Source: an uncultured Verrucomicrobiae bacterium (lineage in GTDB: Bacteria > Verrucomicrobiota > Verrucomicrobiia > Chthoniobacterales > Terrimicrobiaceae). From it: 64,000 nucleotides of DNA. The DNA lies in NCBI GenBank assembly GCA_963763735.1, contig CAVXQK010000012.1, positions 14,803-78,802 of the forward strand, written 5' to 3'. Positions 26,301-34,376 of this stretch are shown here, piece by piece; position 1 is the first letter of the stretch; each line of letters starts with the position of its first letter. A program made the position numbers and the translations under genes. The notes under the pieces were generated by a model. The model saw only the letters and a list, made by a program, of their open reading frames with translations, made no database searches and had not been told where the DNA came from.

Positions 26301-28733
26301 GCGGGACTCATCGACGGGAAGCTGGTGGCAGAGACGCTGCACGTCGGCCCCGGTCAGGTCTCCGGACTCGAGGCCTCACTCGGGACCTTGCTCAAGGCGA
26401 GTTCCCGGGAGACGTTGAGCTTCGGGGCCATCGATATCGAGGAGATCGTGCCCTACAAGAGACACGGGTTTACGATCTCGGACCTGGATGCGAATCAGGT
26501 GCGGGTGGAGGCCGGCGACCAGTCCGTTCGCGTCGTGCGCTTCGACAGCAAGGAAGTCGAAGGCGAGCTGGGGCTCGATCTCGAGACCGGAGAGTTCCAG
26601 GGCGGCGAGCTTTCGATCGCGGGCGGAAGCATGGATCTCGGCGCTCTCGATTTCGATTTCCCGTGGGGCGGAGTCACTGCCCGATCCGCGACCCTGCCGT
26701 CGTTCTCGGCTACCGCCAGGGCCACTGTCGAGAATCTGGGGGCGGGCGACGCGACCGAGTCGCTCGGTGTCACCATCGAGGCGGTCGATGCGCCGGTGGT
26801 CGCAGCGGAGGGCATCGGCTTCGAGATCCCGACCGTGGGTGTTCGCGGTCGGTTGGACAGCCAGCCGGGTATTCTCGAGGGGCTGGCGATTCGCGACGTC
26901 GGCCTGACCCTGGACGCGAAGGGCATCACGACGAAGGGTGGAACGGTCACTGCCGACCGCACGCGATTGACGGAACTCGAGACGTGGGTGCGGGATGTCG
27001 CCTTTGCGCGAACCTCGGCGAGCACTGGAAAACTGAGCTTCCAATTTTTCTCCGACGGCACCGGCGGACAGTTTCGGGTCGAGGATCTGGAAGTCGATTC
27101 GAACGGCTGGGTGCAGGTGAAGAACGGTCAGAGGGGAGCCTTCGTGCTGGAGGCCTTCACGGCCGACGCTGTCGAGGGCGCCGTCACGAAAACGGGTGTC
27201 GAGGCGAATGTTCCCGCCGGAAGCCTCGATCTTGGTCCACTCGACTTCACATATGCCGGGGTCCACGTGAAATGCACCGGTGCCTCGGCGCCCGACGTCC
27301 TGCTGAAGGTGCGAGCGGCGGCGGGCAAGGCGCCCTCCGGCGGCGCGACTCCGTTGCAGATCACCCTCGAGCAAGCGGAGGCGCCGCTTGTGCATGTCGA
27401 GGGACTGGAATTTGATCTCCTGAGGCTCGGCGTGCATGGGTCGCTGCTGGATCATCCTGGCGTGCTCGAAGGCGTGACCCTCGCCGGGATCGAGGCGGTG
27501 CTCACGCCGCAGGGCTTCACTCTCGAAGACGGAACCGTGACGATCAATCACACCCAGGCCGGCGGCGCGAAAGTGCAGGTGGCGAATCTGCTGTCCGGAA
27601 GGGCCAGCGCAGGCACGGGCGCCGTGACAGTCCAGTTCTTCAGCGACCAGCAGGTAAAGTTTGGCGCCAAGGACATTACCGTGGAGGCAGATGGAAATGT
27701 GACGATTGCGACCGGCAATCCAGGCAGGTTCGTGCTCGTTGCGGGATCTGTCCGGACGATCGAAGGCGAACTGAGTCCGGAAGGTATCGAGGGGAGCGCG
27801 CGGGGAATCCTGCTGGGGCCCGGCACCTATGACGACGGCAACCTGCAGATCAACTTTCAGATTATGAAGGTCGACGCCGCGTTTTCGAAGGGAGCACTTG
27901 CCCTGGACGCTTATCGTCTCCTTTCCCCGCCACTCCTCGCGGCAATGGAAGCCAGAGGCATCGGCACCCTTCTTGGAATCGACCTCGAGTCGGCTACGAT
28001 TCTCATTCGAGACGTGTGGTCGCTGCCAGGGGCCGGCAACCCCTTGGATCCGAGCCGCCTGGAAGGTTTCAAGGCGCTCGCCCGGGGTGCGAGCGGCGAA
28101 CTCTCCGGCAGGGTCGTCACCGACGAGGATGCGGCTTACGCCAATCTCGAAGCGACCGTGACGGACGGCCTGGCCAGCGGCCGGCTTTTCGACACGTTCT
28201 TTTCGTCTCCGATTCCAGCTCCGGATCCCATTCCCTTTCAGTGGGACCTTGTGACCCTGCTCGACTCGGCGACGTTGGGAAAAGCCTTCGCGGATAAATT
28301 GAGTGGAAGGGTCGCTCCGCAACCGGCCGGCGCCCCGAGCATGGCGGAAGTCCTGTTGGTGCGCGTGCTGCAGAAGACCGAGTTTCGGGACATCAACGGC
28401 CATCTGGAAGTGCGGCTCGAGACCATTCCCATCGGGACGCTCGGCTACCTGCGCGCGGCCCGGCAGAATGCGCCTCAGGTGTCATTGGTTCTTTCCGGAA
28501 ACACGGCGAGAGATCTCCAGGCCGGCTTCTCCCTCGGCGCGCTCAGCCTCGATACCGTGGTGTGGAATTTGTTTGTGTCCTCCGCGCAAGGGGTGGTGAT
28601 CGATCAGGGGCAGGTTCGGGTCACTTTCGACGGCCTCATCCCGCGAAGCGTCAGCGGCACCATCCAAAAGGGGCACATCGACGCGCTGAAGCTCTTCGGG
28701 CCGCCGCAGGCAGCCACCGCGGGCGGGCACTAG
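23340..28733 (+). CDS. giant DUF4157 (eCIS core domain) protein 4 (about 1800 aa) with repeat-rich C-terminal region of unknown function
   Basis: 'VVRAKLRVGARNDPYEQEADRVAGEVM', 'FMESRFGHDFGRVRLH', 'LLAHELTHVLQQ'. A single uninterrupted ORF (the longest version starts at 23262). Contains internal repeats of about 195 aa. Confidence 0.8.
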   Translation: MPVTHARVLRVDARSPTRPGRQRAPASHERNESLHPVVRAKLRVGARNDPYEQEADRVAGEVMRRPDASKNAAADSCPVQADPGADRPLTELGEDLASSQNQRLDPTTRTFMESRFGHDFGRVRLHADESAAAAARSLHARAFAVGRDIFFGAGQHATERADGRRLLAHELTHVLQQTGRLGRPAMAPRAIQRQPVEEAPPAAEEEQESSEEIDEEAGSTNEIEALAADALAVGRQNAPEVLAKIAAFNPLPEAVARLDGDDDALGHLLKVLGPDAWRPENRKSLLAILPLRTAKRNVEAIQNEVDTGLLKLDLGVSADEAHLAYEVFKAMSEADRARFLQTPEGRQAFEKVGERASSELRISREFGFYDADVEALLAELEKLETWSEDQRGWLRTVLAMIVQGGHAGDPRVVQFVRHNWELDPEFFAGLGFTGQGEITPEELHDTPNPRWLGWFTKVGLTGLWADAPGTIQLGLQFVGGKRSHVEGVPVASLPLGSLLRGLGGSLSGIDLEEIPGIEDSGLATVSIDKREGLFILDVTAAAIPTVDLTGKGEAGATLTVTAMNGSFGDLHVEARWPAEENPTQLPDLRVRVGWLGLSTVVLSSGNLLVGADHLRLQNLEFDASLSAASENGRFRMKQFVGNLQSQLAAVISVVQSALFAVVTTGLGQQQSPDETEVRDAAWFTNVLRETMATEFDDALLSHLSVGSLAAENVVFASGESLDRVATSLDLTIAAGPRALASLEMARIEEGAADRDLTPEEKMRLDELMRVEASDPTEARERIAAMGMDPDAVELRLKLDSPDSEEALSVAGMNIPGVVQSPGTISPDRATIELRFPGESVQIPPGADSDDQGRILFTLELDAPGTLQTSRDLGVAGLPPLGPITVEGATGEAIVREGGVVSLEVVLPRVGFEGVRSAITVDAQEGVAQGVHLVADLVMDPTRRLGILQIDNCAVFVEAVTAKEVVVERPGAWSVQVFDPVLNGLKLTAGLIDGKLVAETLHVGPGQVSGLEASLGTLLKASSRETLSFGAIDIEEIVPYKRHGFTISDLDANQVRVEAGDQSVRVVRFDSKEVEGELGLDLETGEFQGGELSIAGGSMDLGALDFDFPWGGVTARSATLPSFSATARATVENLGAGDATESLGVTIEAVDAPVVAAEGIGFEIPTVGVRGRLDSQPGILEGLAIRDVGLTLDAKGITTKGGTVTADRTRLTELETWVRDVAFARTSASTGKLSFQFFSDGTGGQFRVEDLEVDSNGWVQVKNGQRGAFVLEAFTADAVEGAVTKTGVEANVPAGSLDLGPLDFTYAGVHVKCTGASAPDVLLKVRAAAGKAPSGGATPLQITLEQAEAPLVHVEGLEFDLLRLGVHGSLLDHPGVLEGVTLAGIEAVLTPQGFTLEDGTVTINHTQAGGAKVQVANLLSGRASAGTGAVTVQFFSDQQVKFGAKDITVEADGNVTIATGNPGRFVLVAGSVRTIEGELSPEGIEGSARGILLGPGTYDDGNLQINFQIMKVDAAFSKGALALDAYRLLSPPLLAAMEARGIGTLLGIDLESATILIRDVWSLPGAGNPLDPSRLEGFKALARGASGELSGRVVTDEDAAYANLEATVTDGLASGRLFDTFFSSPIPAPDPIPFQWDLVTLLDSATLGKAFADKLSGRVAPQPAGAPSMAEVLLVRVLQKTEFRDINGHLEVRLETIPIGTLGYLRAARQNAPQVSLVLSGNTARDLQAGFSLGALSLDTVVWNLFVSSAQGVVIDQGQVRVTFDGLIPRSVSGTIQKGHIDALKLFGPPQAATAGGH
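26040..27850 (+). repeat. protein-level tandem repeats (about 590 nt / 195 aa per unit, at least two clear units, probably three to four) inside DUF4157 protein 4
   Basis: Anchor motifs 'MDLGALDFDFPWGGV' (about 26630) and 'LDLGPLDFTYAGVHV' (about 27225). Parallel segments 'EAVDAPVVAAEGIGFEIPTVGVRGRLDSQPGILEGLAIRDVGL' and 'EQAEAPLVHVEGLEFDLLRLGVHGSLLDHPGVLEGVTLAGIEA'. Confidence 0.6.
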
Positions 28734-28748
28734 CAAAATGCGTGGCGC

Positions 28749-29786
28749 GTGATTAGTTTCAAGAAGATCATGTCCCTAGCCCAACTTCAAAAATCAAAGA
28801 GACCGGGAAGGAATTCGGGGCGGATTCCAGCCAGTCCCATCCGGCGCGCCCCCGGGCAAAACGCGTCGATTGCGCCGGTAATCCAAGCCAGGCTGCGCAT
28901 AGGCGCTCCCCATGACCGTTTCGAGCAGGAGGCGAATCGGGTCGGCCGCGCTGTCGTGGCTGCACCGCGTCCCACCGGGGCGCATCGCTCGGGCCTCGCC
29001 GACAGTCCGCGGACCCTGCCGGGTGAGATGCCCGGGGCTTCGGTCGGAGCGGGGATGGACTTCGAGAAGCTCTGCGGTCATGGCCAGCCGCTGGCGCAGC
29101 CTTTGCGCGGATTCTTCGAGTCGCGGTTCGGTCGCGACTTCGGCCATGTCCGCATCCACGCGGACGCACAGGCGGCCGGGCTGGCCGAGTCAGTGAGAGC
29201 GAGAGCGCTTGCAATTGGACGGGATGTTGTCTTTGGCGCGGGAGAGTTCGCGCCCGGCACGAGTCGCGGGCGGGAACTGGTGGCGCACGAACTGACTCAC
29301 GTCGTGCAACAGGAGGGAGGGGCGGCGCAATCCCAGCCCGGCACCATTCAACGGCAGCCGAAGACGGACACGGCGCCTCCGGTGTTCCCCGATTTTCCGA
29401 ATTTCGCGTTGAAGCTTGAAGACGACATTGGGCAAAACCTGTTCGATTACGGGCACCAGTTTTACCGCCTGGCGACCCTCTTTCCCGATCAACCGGAACT
29501 GCTGCAGCAAGCCTTTGGCCGCTATGCGCTGGGCAAAAACGTGCTCGACACCGGTTTCCGTTTCCTGGGTCTCGATGAGAGCACTGCGAGCCGTCTTGCC
29601 CTTGGAACGGGCATCCTTTTCAAGGGACTGAATTTCGTGAAGGACGGCGAAATCGTACTCGATTTTCAGTTCGACATTGGCCGTGGACTGAAGCTCGAGA
29701 CCAGCCTTGACCTAGGAGTGAACCCCCAGGATCGCAATCAGGTGCGAAAGGCAGAGGCTGGAATCGGCATCGTCGGACGCTTTTGA
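28749..29786 (+). CDS. DUF4157 (eCIS core domain) protein 5 (short, about 340 aa)
   Basis: 'VIQARLRIGAPHDRFEQEANRV', 'FFESRFGRDFGHVRIH', 'LVAHELTHVVQQ'. Alternative ATG start at 28770. Confidence 0.8.
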   Translation: MISFKKIMSLAQLQKSKRPGRNSGRIPASPIRRAPGQNASIAPVIQARLRIGAPHDRFEQEANRVGRAVVAAPRPTGAHRSGLADSPRTLPGEMPGASVGAGMDFEKLCGHGQPLAQPLRGFFESRFGRDFGHVRIHADAQAAGLAESVRARALAIGRDVVFGAGEFAPGTSRGRELVAHELTHVVQQEGGAAQSQPGTIQRQPKTDTAPPVFPDFPNFALKLEDDIGQNLFDYGHQFYRLATLFPDQPELLQQAFGRYALGKNVLDTGFRFLGLDESTASRLALGTGILFKGLNFVKDGEIVLDFQFDIGRGLKLETSLDLGVNPQDRNQVRKAEAGIGIVGRF

Positions 29787-29917
29787 AAAGCTTGATACAG
29801 CCTCCTCTCCGACGCCGGGGCCTCGCTTCGATGGCGCGCGCCTGCGGAAGCTGAGCGGCATCCTGCGCGTTGGGGATGTGACAACCAGTGAATCCAAGGG
29901 AGAGTGTCACAAAATTG

Positions 29918-31219
29918 CTATATTTTGCTTAGCCGAGCTATGAGACCCTTTTGCACGGAAGAATGAATCTCTTCGGGAAATCCGGCGGGAAGCTGCTTTA
30001 CCACTGCCTTTAACGCCGTTTCTACGTCCCTCGCAATTTCCTCTAACGCGTTCTGCGCAATGGCGGCCGGCAAGCCGGCTCGCTCAACATTCTGCACGAA
30101 ATGCCGTCCCTGAATGGACTCCATCGTGTAGTGCCGGCTATTTCCCGCCGACATTGCCAGCTTCATTTGCTTTTTGACGATGTGGTGAGCGTCAAGGCTG
30201 GGCTGCGCCGTGAGAACATCATAAAGCGGCGTCATGTTGAAGCGTCCGCCCGGACCGAGAAAGATGCTGAAGTTCTTGGCGTGGCCGTCGGTCGCGCCGA
30301 TCAGCCAATAGAGAATTTGCGCCTTCAAAAAATTCTTCTGGTCGTCAGCGGGGGTATCGCTGCCTTTTAGGAGAGTGAGAATATCCACCATTCCTGGCCC
30401 GCCCTCGGTTTGATATTTTCGGGTCGGCGGCGTGGAAAGCGCCTGGCAGCAATCTTCCTGGGGAACGCGGAGCAACCGTCCATCCTTTGTCCATGTCCGG
30501 TCAAAGCGCTCGATCACGAGAGCTTTCGTCTTTCCAAAAATGTGGATGCCGGCGGCGTTTACGGGCGGCCCGAAAGCCGCCATGAGCTTTAGGCAATAGT
30601 ATTCATTTTCAACGCTGTTCGAAAGGTCGATGCCGTTCGGAAGAGTGCCGATTTGCGTCTTGAAAATGTGGGTTGTCGGCGTCGTCCCGTGAGGCTTCCA
30701 CCATTTATCTTTATGGAACAGGAGCGCTGTCTTTTCCTGCGCCCCGGCAACGGAAATGCGGAACTCCTGGTCTCGATCAAGACCCAAGGGGGCTTGGGCT
30801 AGGTTCTGGAGAAGCTTCTCAATGTCTTCTTCACTGACGGCCTGACCCTCAATGCTCGAAGTATCATAAACGGCATCGTCGTCATCGGGAATGAATTGCA
30901 AAGCGCCGACGCAGTCGCGCCCGATCCGGGATAACAGACTGTAAGAATCTGTTCCATCAGCGGCAACTTTCTCGGCGACCCGCCGCCGGAGCGCTTCGGA
31001 ATCGGGCAACAGGTTCTCGAAGACAGCAATGACGGGTGCGCCTTTATAAGCATCTTCCCGCAGCGGAAGGGAAAGCGACACGGGGATCGCCCGTTCCCAT
31101 GCGAGCCAGCTTACATCATAGCGAAAATCAATCCCGCCACCGGTCTCTTTCGAGAGGTGTCCGACGGGGCGATTATTGAGGAGGACGCGCAGGGGCGCGT
31201 ATTGGCGTTTGCGGGCCAT
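29918..31219 (-). CDS. hipA: HipA-family serine/threonine kinase toxin
   Basis: 433 aa. N-terminal 'LRVLLNNRPVGHL...IDFRYD' coupling domain. Catalytic loop 'GATDGHAKNFSIFL'. Its start overlaps the hipB stop. Confidence 0.9.
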   Translation of the reverse strand: MARKRQYAPLRVLLNNRPVGHLSKETGGGIDFRYDVSWLAWERAIPVSLSLPLREDAYKGAPVIAVFENLLPDSEALRRRVAEKVAADGTDSYSLLSRIGRDCVGALQFIPDDDDAVYDTSSIEGQAVSEEDIEKLLQNLAQAPLGLDRDQEFRISVAGAQEKTALLFHKDKWWKPHGTTPTTHIFKTQIGTLPNGIDLSNSVENEYYCLKLMAAFGPPVNAAGIHIFGKTKALVIERFDRTWTKDGRLLRVPQEDCCQALSTPPTRKYQTEGGPGMVDILTLLKGSDTPADDQKNFLKAQILYWLIGATDGHAKNFSIFLGPGGRFNMTPLYDVLTAQPSLDAHHIVKKQMKLAMSAGNSRHYTMESIQGRHFVQNVERAGLPAAIAQNALEEIARDVETALKAVVKQLPAGFPEEIHSSVQKGLIARLSKI

Positions 31220-31470
31220 CAGAAGTCACTTTCTATGTCACGGCCCCAGCCTTTCGAGCGGGGAGCAATCTGAAACTCCAGATCAAGGGCGGAGAGGACA
31301 GCCAGCAGGGTCTCAATCCTGGTCGCCGAATTGCCGGTCTCAATCAAGGAAATGGTTTCCTGGCGCAGGCCGACCTTGTCGCCGAGCTGCTGCTGGCTGA
31401 GGGAGTGTCGCTTGCGGGCACGCCGGACGAGGGCGCCAATTTGCCTGGGATCGCGGGCCGGATCATTCAT
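31219..31470 (-). CDS. hipB: HipB-type XRE-family HTH antitoxin
   Basis: 'IGALVRRARKRHSLSQQQLGDKVGLRQETISLIETGN' HTH. ATG at 31470 (the longest ORF starts at 31548). Translationally coupled to hipA. Confidence 0.85.
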   Translation of the reverse strand: MNDPARDPRQIGALVRRARKRHSLSQQQLGDKVGLRQETISLIETGNSATRIETLLAVLSALDLEFQIAPRSKGWGRDIESDF

Positions 31471-31477
31471 TTCCCCA

Positions 31478-31579
31478 TTATGCGCCAAATCCGATAAAGC
31501 GTCAATATCGGAAATGGCGCATAATATAGATATTATGTGGTAAATCACATAAACTCAGATTATCGCGTCCGGCGCATAA
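31478..31579. promoter_or_regulatory. hipBA promoter/operator region with nested palindromes
   Basis: Inverted repeat TTATGCGCCAAATCCGATA (31478-31496) / TATCGGAAATGGCGCATAA (31506-31524), 17 of 19 positions complementary. Palindrome ATAATAT-AG-ATATTAT (31521-31536). Third half-site GGCGCATAA at 31571-31579. Confidence 0.6.
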
Positions 31580-31805
31580 GCCGTCCCAGGGAAGCACTCG
31601 AACGATAAGTTCGTCCGGTGTTACGAGGAGTCGAGAGCGTAAAGGGGGATTATCCTGTTGAGCTTGTAGCTCAGCACGCTCTGCGGAGTGGCTTCGCCCA
31701 AAGACTTTCGCGCTTTGCGCGAGGCAGTCGAACCGAGGTTCTCATCCCTGCCGTGGCGTGTTATCGGTGTCGGCCTTTGCAAGGGAACTGCGGCGGTAGC
31801 GGGAC

Positions 31806-31895
31806 TGGCGGATGGGCAGGGATTCGAACCCTGGGTTCCGGTTAAGGAACACACGCTTTCCAAGCGTGCGCATTCGACCGCTCTGCCACCCATCC
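31806..31895 (-). tRNA. tRNA-Ser (anticodon GGA), type II with long variable arm, CCA encoded
   Basis: Reverse complement: GGATGGG-TG-GCA..TGC-G-CACGC-TTGGAAA-GCGTG-T-GTTCC..GGAAC-C-CAGGG-TTCGAAT-CCCTG-CCCATCC-G-CCA. All stems pair. Confidence 0.9.
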
Positions 31896-31981
31896 GTTTA
31901 CAAAAACGCTACATAGTCGGTGTTGCGGCGCTTGGCAACTCATGGTTGGCGGACGCCCCGCGACACGGCGGTTGCCCGATC

Positions 31982-31999
31982 GGCCCTTCGCAAAGGGCC
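31982..31999 (-). terminator. hairpin immediately after the lysC stop (GGCCCTT-CGCA-AAGGGCC), no obvious U-tract
   Basis: 7-bp perfect stem directly adjacent to the stop codon at 32000-32002. Confidence 0.3.
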
Positions 32000-33226
32000 T
32001 CAAGCCGCTTCCCCGCCCGCCAACCCGAAGGCTTCGTGGGCGAGATTGGCAGCCTCGACGATCTTGGCTTCGTCGATAATCACGGCGATTTTGATTTCGG
32101 ATGTCGAGATCATTTGGATGTTGACGCCGCCTTTGCCGAGGGCTTCGAAAAGGCGCGCCGCGACGCCCGAGTGCGAGCGCATGCCGATGCCGACGACACT
32201 GAGCTTTGCGATGCCGTCGCGCTTGACGATCTCCCCCGCGCCGATCTCCTTGACGACCTGGTCAAGCATATCCCCCATCTTGTCGAGTTCTTCGCGGTTC
32301 ATGGTGAAGGAGATGTCCGTGGCGCCGCTGATGGAGACATTTTGCACGATGACGTCAACGATCACGTTGGCCTCGGCCAATGCTGTGAAAACGCGGGAAG
32401 CGACGCCCGGGTGGTCAGGCGCGTTGGTGATTGTGACCTTGGCCTGGTTGCGTTCAACCGAGATGCCGCGGACGACGACTTTTTCCAATCCGGGGGTTTC
32501 TTCTTTCACGATGGTTCCTCTGTGGGTGTTAAAGCTGCTGCGAACTTCAAAGGGGACTTTAAACTTCTTGGCGAATTCGACGGAGCGCGATTGCATGACC
32601 TTCGAACCGGAAGCAGCCATTTCGAGAAGTTCGTCGTAGGTGATGACGTCGATTTTCCGGGCCGCGGGCACGATGCGCGGATCGCAGGAATAGACGCCAT
32701 CGACGTCGGTGTAAATTTCGCAATTGTCGGCCTTGAGAGCCGCGGCGATTGCGATGGCGGTCAGGTCGCTGCCGCCCCGTCCCAGCGTGGTGATCTGTCC
32801 CTGCAAGGTCTGGCCTTGAAAGCCGGCGACGATGCAGATGAATCCATCGGCCAAATATCTGCGGATCTGGCGCGGGGAGATGTTGGCGATTTTAGCTTTC
32901 GTATGGAGACCGTCGGTGAGGATGCCAGCCTGGGCGCCGGTAAGGGAGACCGCCTTTCCCCCTATCGCGTTCAGGGTCATCGCGGTGAGGGCGATGGTGG
33001 TCTGCTCGCCGGTGGCGAGAAGGACGTCGAGTTCGCGCTCGGTTGGGGAAGGCGCCAGCTGCCTGGCCAGTTTGATGAGGTTGTCCGTGACGCCAGACAT
33101 CGCGGAGACGACAACGACAACAGCGTTGCCTGCTCGCTGGGTTTCCAGCACGCGCCGGGCGACATTTTGGATGCGCTCGGGCGTGCCGACGGAGGTTCCT
33201 CCATATTTTTGAACGACAAGGGGCAT
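32000..33226 (-). CDS. lysC: aspartate kinase
   Basis: 'VVQKYGGTSVGTPERIQNVARRV...VVVVVSAMSGVTDNLI'. C-terminal ACT domains. Confidence 0.95.
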   Translation of the reverse strand: MPLVVQKYGGTSVGTPERIQNVARRVLETQRAGNAVVVVVSAMSGVTDNLIKLARQLAPSPTERELDVLLATGEQTTIALTAMTLNAIGGKAVSLTGAQAGILTDGLHTKAKIANISPRQIRRYLADGFICIVAGFQGQTLQGQITTLGRGGSDLTAIAIAAALKADNCEIYTDVDGVYSCDPRIVPAARKIDVITYDELLEMAASGSKVMQSRSVEFAKKFKVPFEVRSSFNTHRGTIVKEETPGLEKVVVRGISVERNQAKVTITNAPDHPGVASRVFTALAEANVIVDVIVQNVSISGATDISFTMNREELDKMGDMLDQVVKEIGAGEIVKRDGIAKLSVVGIGMRSHSGVAARLFEALGKGGVNIQMISTSEIKIAVIIDEAKIVEAANLAHEAFGLAGGEAA

Positions 33227-33261
33227 GAGTCGCGGATCGGGAGGTTAATCGTTGGTTGTGA

Positions 33262-34317
33262 TCAGGCGCTCTCGAGGACGCGGCGGATCGCCGTGAGATC
33301 CGCCGCGGCTTCGATCGGGCGATAATCGCCCGTCGTCAGCGCGGTATCGGGATCCTTGAGTCCGTGGCCGGTCACGGTGAGCACTATCCGGCGCGCGCCG
33401 GTCTTTCCCAGCTGGAAGAGTCCCGCGACGGAGGCTGCGCTTGCGGGCTCAACAAAGATCCCCTCACTCCTGGCAAGCCAGCCCTGGGCGGCCAAAATCT
33501 CCTCATCGGTGACTGTGCCGATTTGGCCGCGGCTTTCAGCGACGGCGGAGTTTGCGCCGATCCAACTCGCAGGGTTCCCGATGCGAATTGCGGTGGCGAC
33601 GGTGTTAGGGGATTCGATGATTCGGTTGTGAAAGATGGGCGCCGAACCGGCTGCCTGAAAGCCTATCATGCGCGGAAGCACCGTCGCGCGGTTCAGCGCG
33701 CGAAATTCCCGGTAGCCCTGCCAGTAGGCGGTGATGTTGCCGGCATTTCCGACGGGGAGGACGTGGAGGTCCGGGGCGTCTCCGAGCTCTTCGATGATCT
33801 CGAAAGCAGCCGTCTTCTGCCCTTCGATGCGGTCGGGATTGATGGAATTGACAATCGCGATGCCGTCCAATCCGCCGAGTTCGCGAACAAGGCGCAGGGC
33901 GTCATCGAAATTTCCCCGCAGCGCGATCACCTTTGCGCCGTAGAGGTAGGCCTGCACGAGCTTGCCGCTTGCGATCTTCCCCGCCGGCAAAAGGACGGCG
34001 CAGAGGATGCCCGCACGAGCAGCGTAGGCGGCAGCCGAGGCCGAGGTGTTGCCGGTGGAAGCGCAGATGACCGTGCGCGCTCCTCGCTCGAGGGCTTTCG
34101 AAACGGCGACCGTCATCCCGCGATCCTTGAAGGAACCCGTCGGGTTGAGACCTTCGTACTTGATGAAAACCTCGGCCTCTGCGCGTTCGCTGAGGCGCGA
34201 GGAATGGATAAGGGGCGTCGAGCCCTCGTTGAGCGAAATTACGGGCGTCGCGTCCGTAATCGGAAGGTATTGGCGGAACCGGCTAATGACGCCGTGATCG
34301 TGGAGCGGTCCGGGCAT
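33262..34317 (-). CDS. thrC: threonine synthase
   Basis: 'EGSTPLI...[23 protein letters not shown]' PLP-lysine motif. Confidence 0.95.
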   Translation of the reverse strand: MPGPLHDHGVISRFRQYLPITDATPVISLNEGSTPLIHSSRLSERAEAEVFIKYEGLNPTGSFKDRGMTVAVSKALERGARTVICASTGNTSASAAAYAARAGILCAVLLPAGKIASGKLVQAYLYGAKVIALRGNFDDALRLVRELGGLDGIAIVNSINPDRIEGQKTAAFEIIEELGDAPDLHVLPVGNAGNITAYWQGYREFRALNRATVLPRMIGFQAAGSAPIFHNRIIESPNTVATAIRIGNPASWIGANSAVAESRGQIGTVTDEEILAAQGWLARSEGIFVEPASAASVAGLFQLGKTGARRIVLTVTGHGLKDPDTALTTGDYRPIEAAADLTAIRRVLESA

Positions 34318-34376
34318 TTGATCGTGGCGTTAGCAGCCTGTCAGAGAGGGTGACGTCATTTCAAGTCCGGCAGCTG

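Noticed and set aside
29787-29917. Inverted repeat TGTGACA-N21-TGTCACA between the convergent DUF4157 protein 5 and hipA genes, considered as a bidirectional terminator.
   Set aside because: The stem is short and AT-containing, the loop is long, and there is no U-tract on either strand. Support is insufficient.
31640-31775. tRNA-like fragments ('GAGCTTGTAGCTCAGCACGCTC', 'GGCAGTCGAACCGAGG') between the hipB operator and tRNA-Ser, possibly a degenerate tRNA or att remnant.
   Set aside because: The D-stem and T-stem cannot be paired (direct rather than inverted complementarity), and no acceptor stem could be formed. The resemblance is too weak to call.
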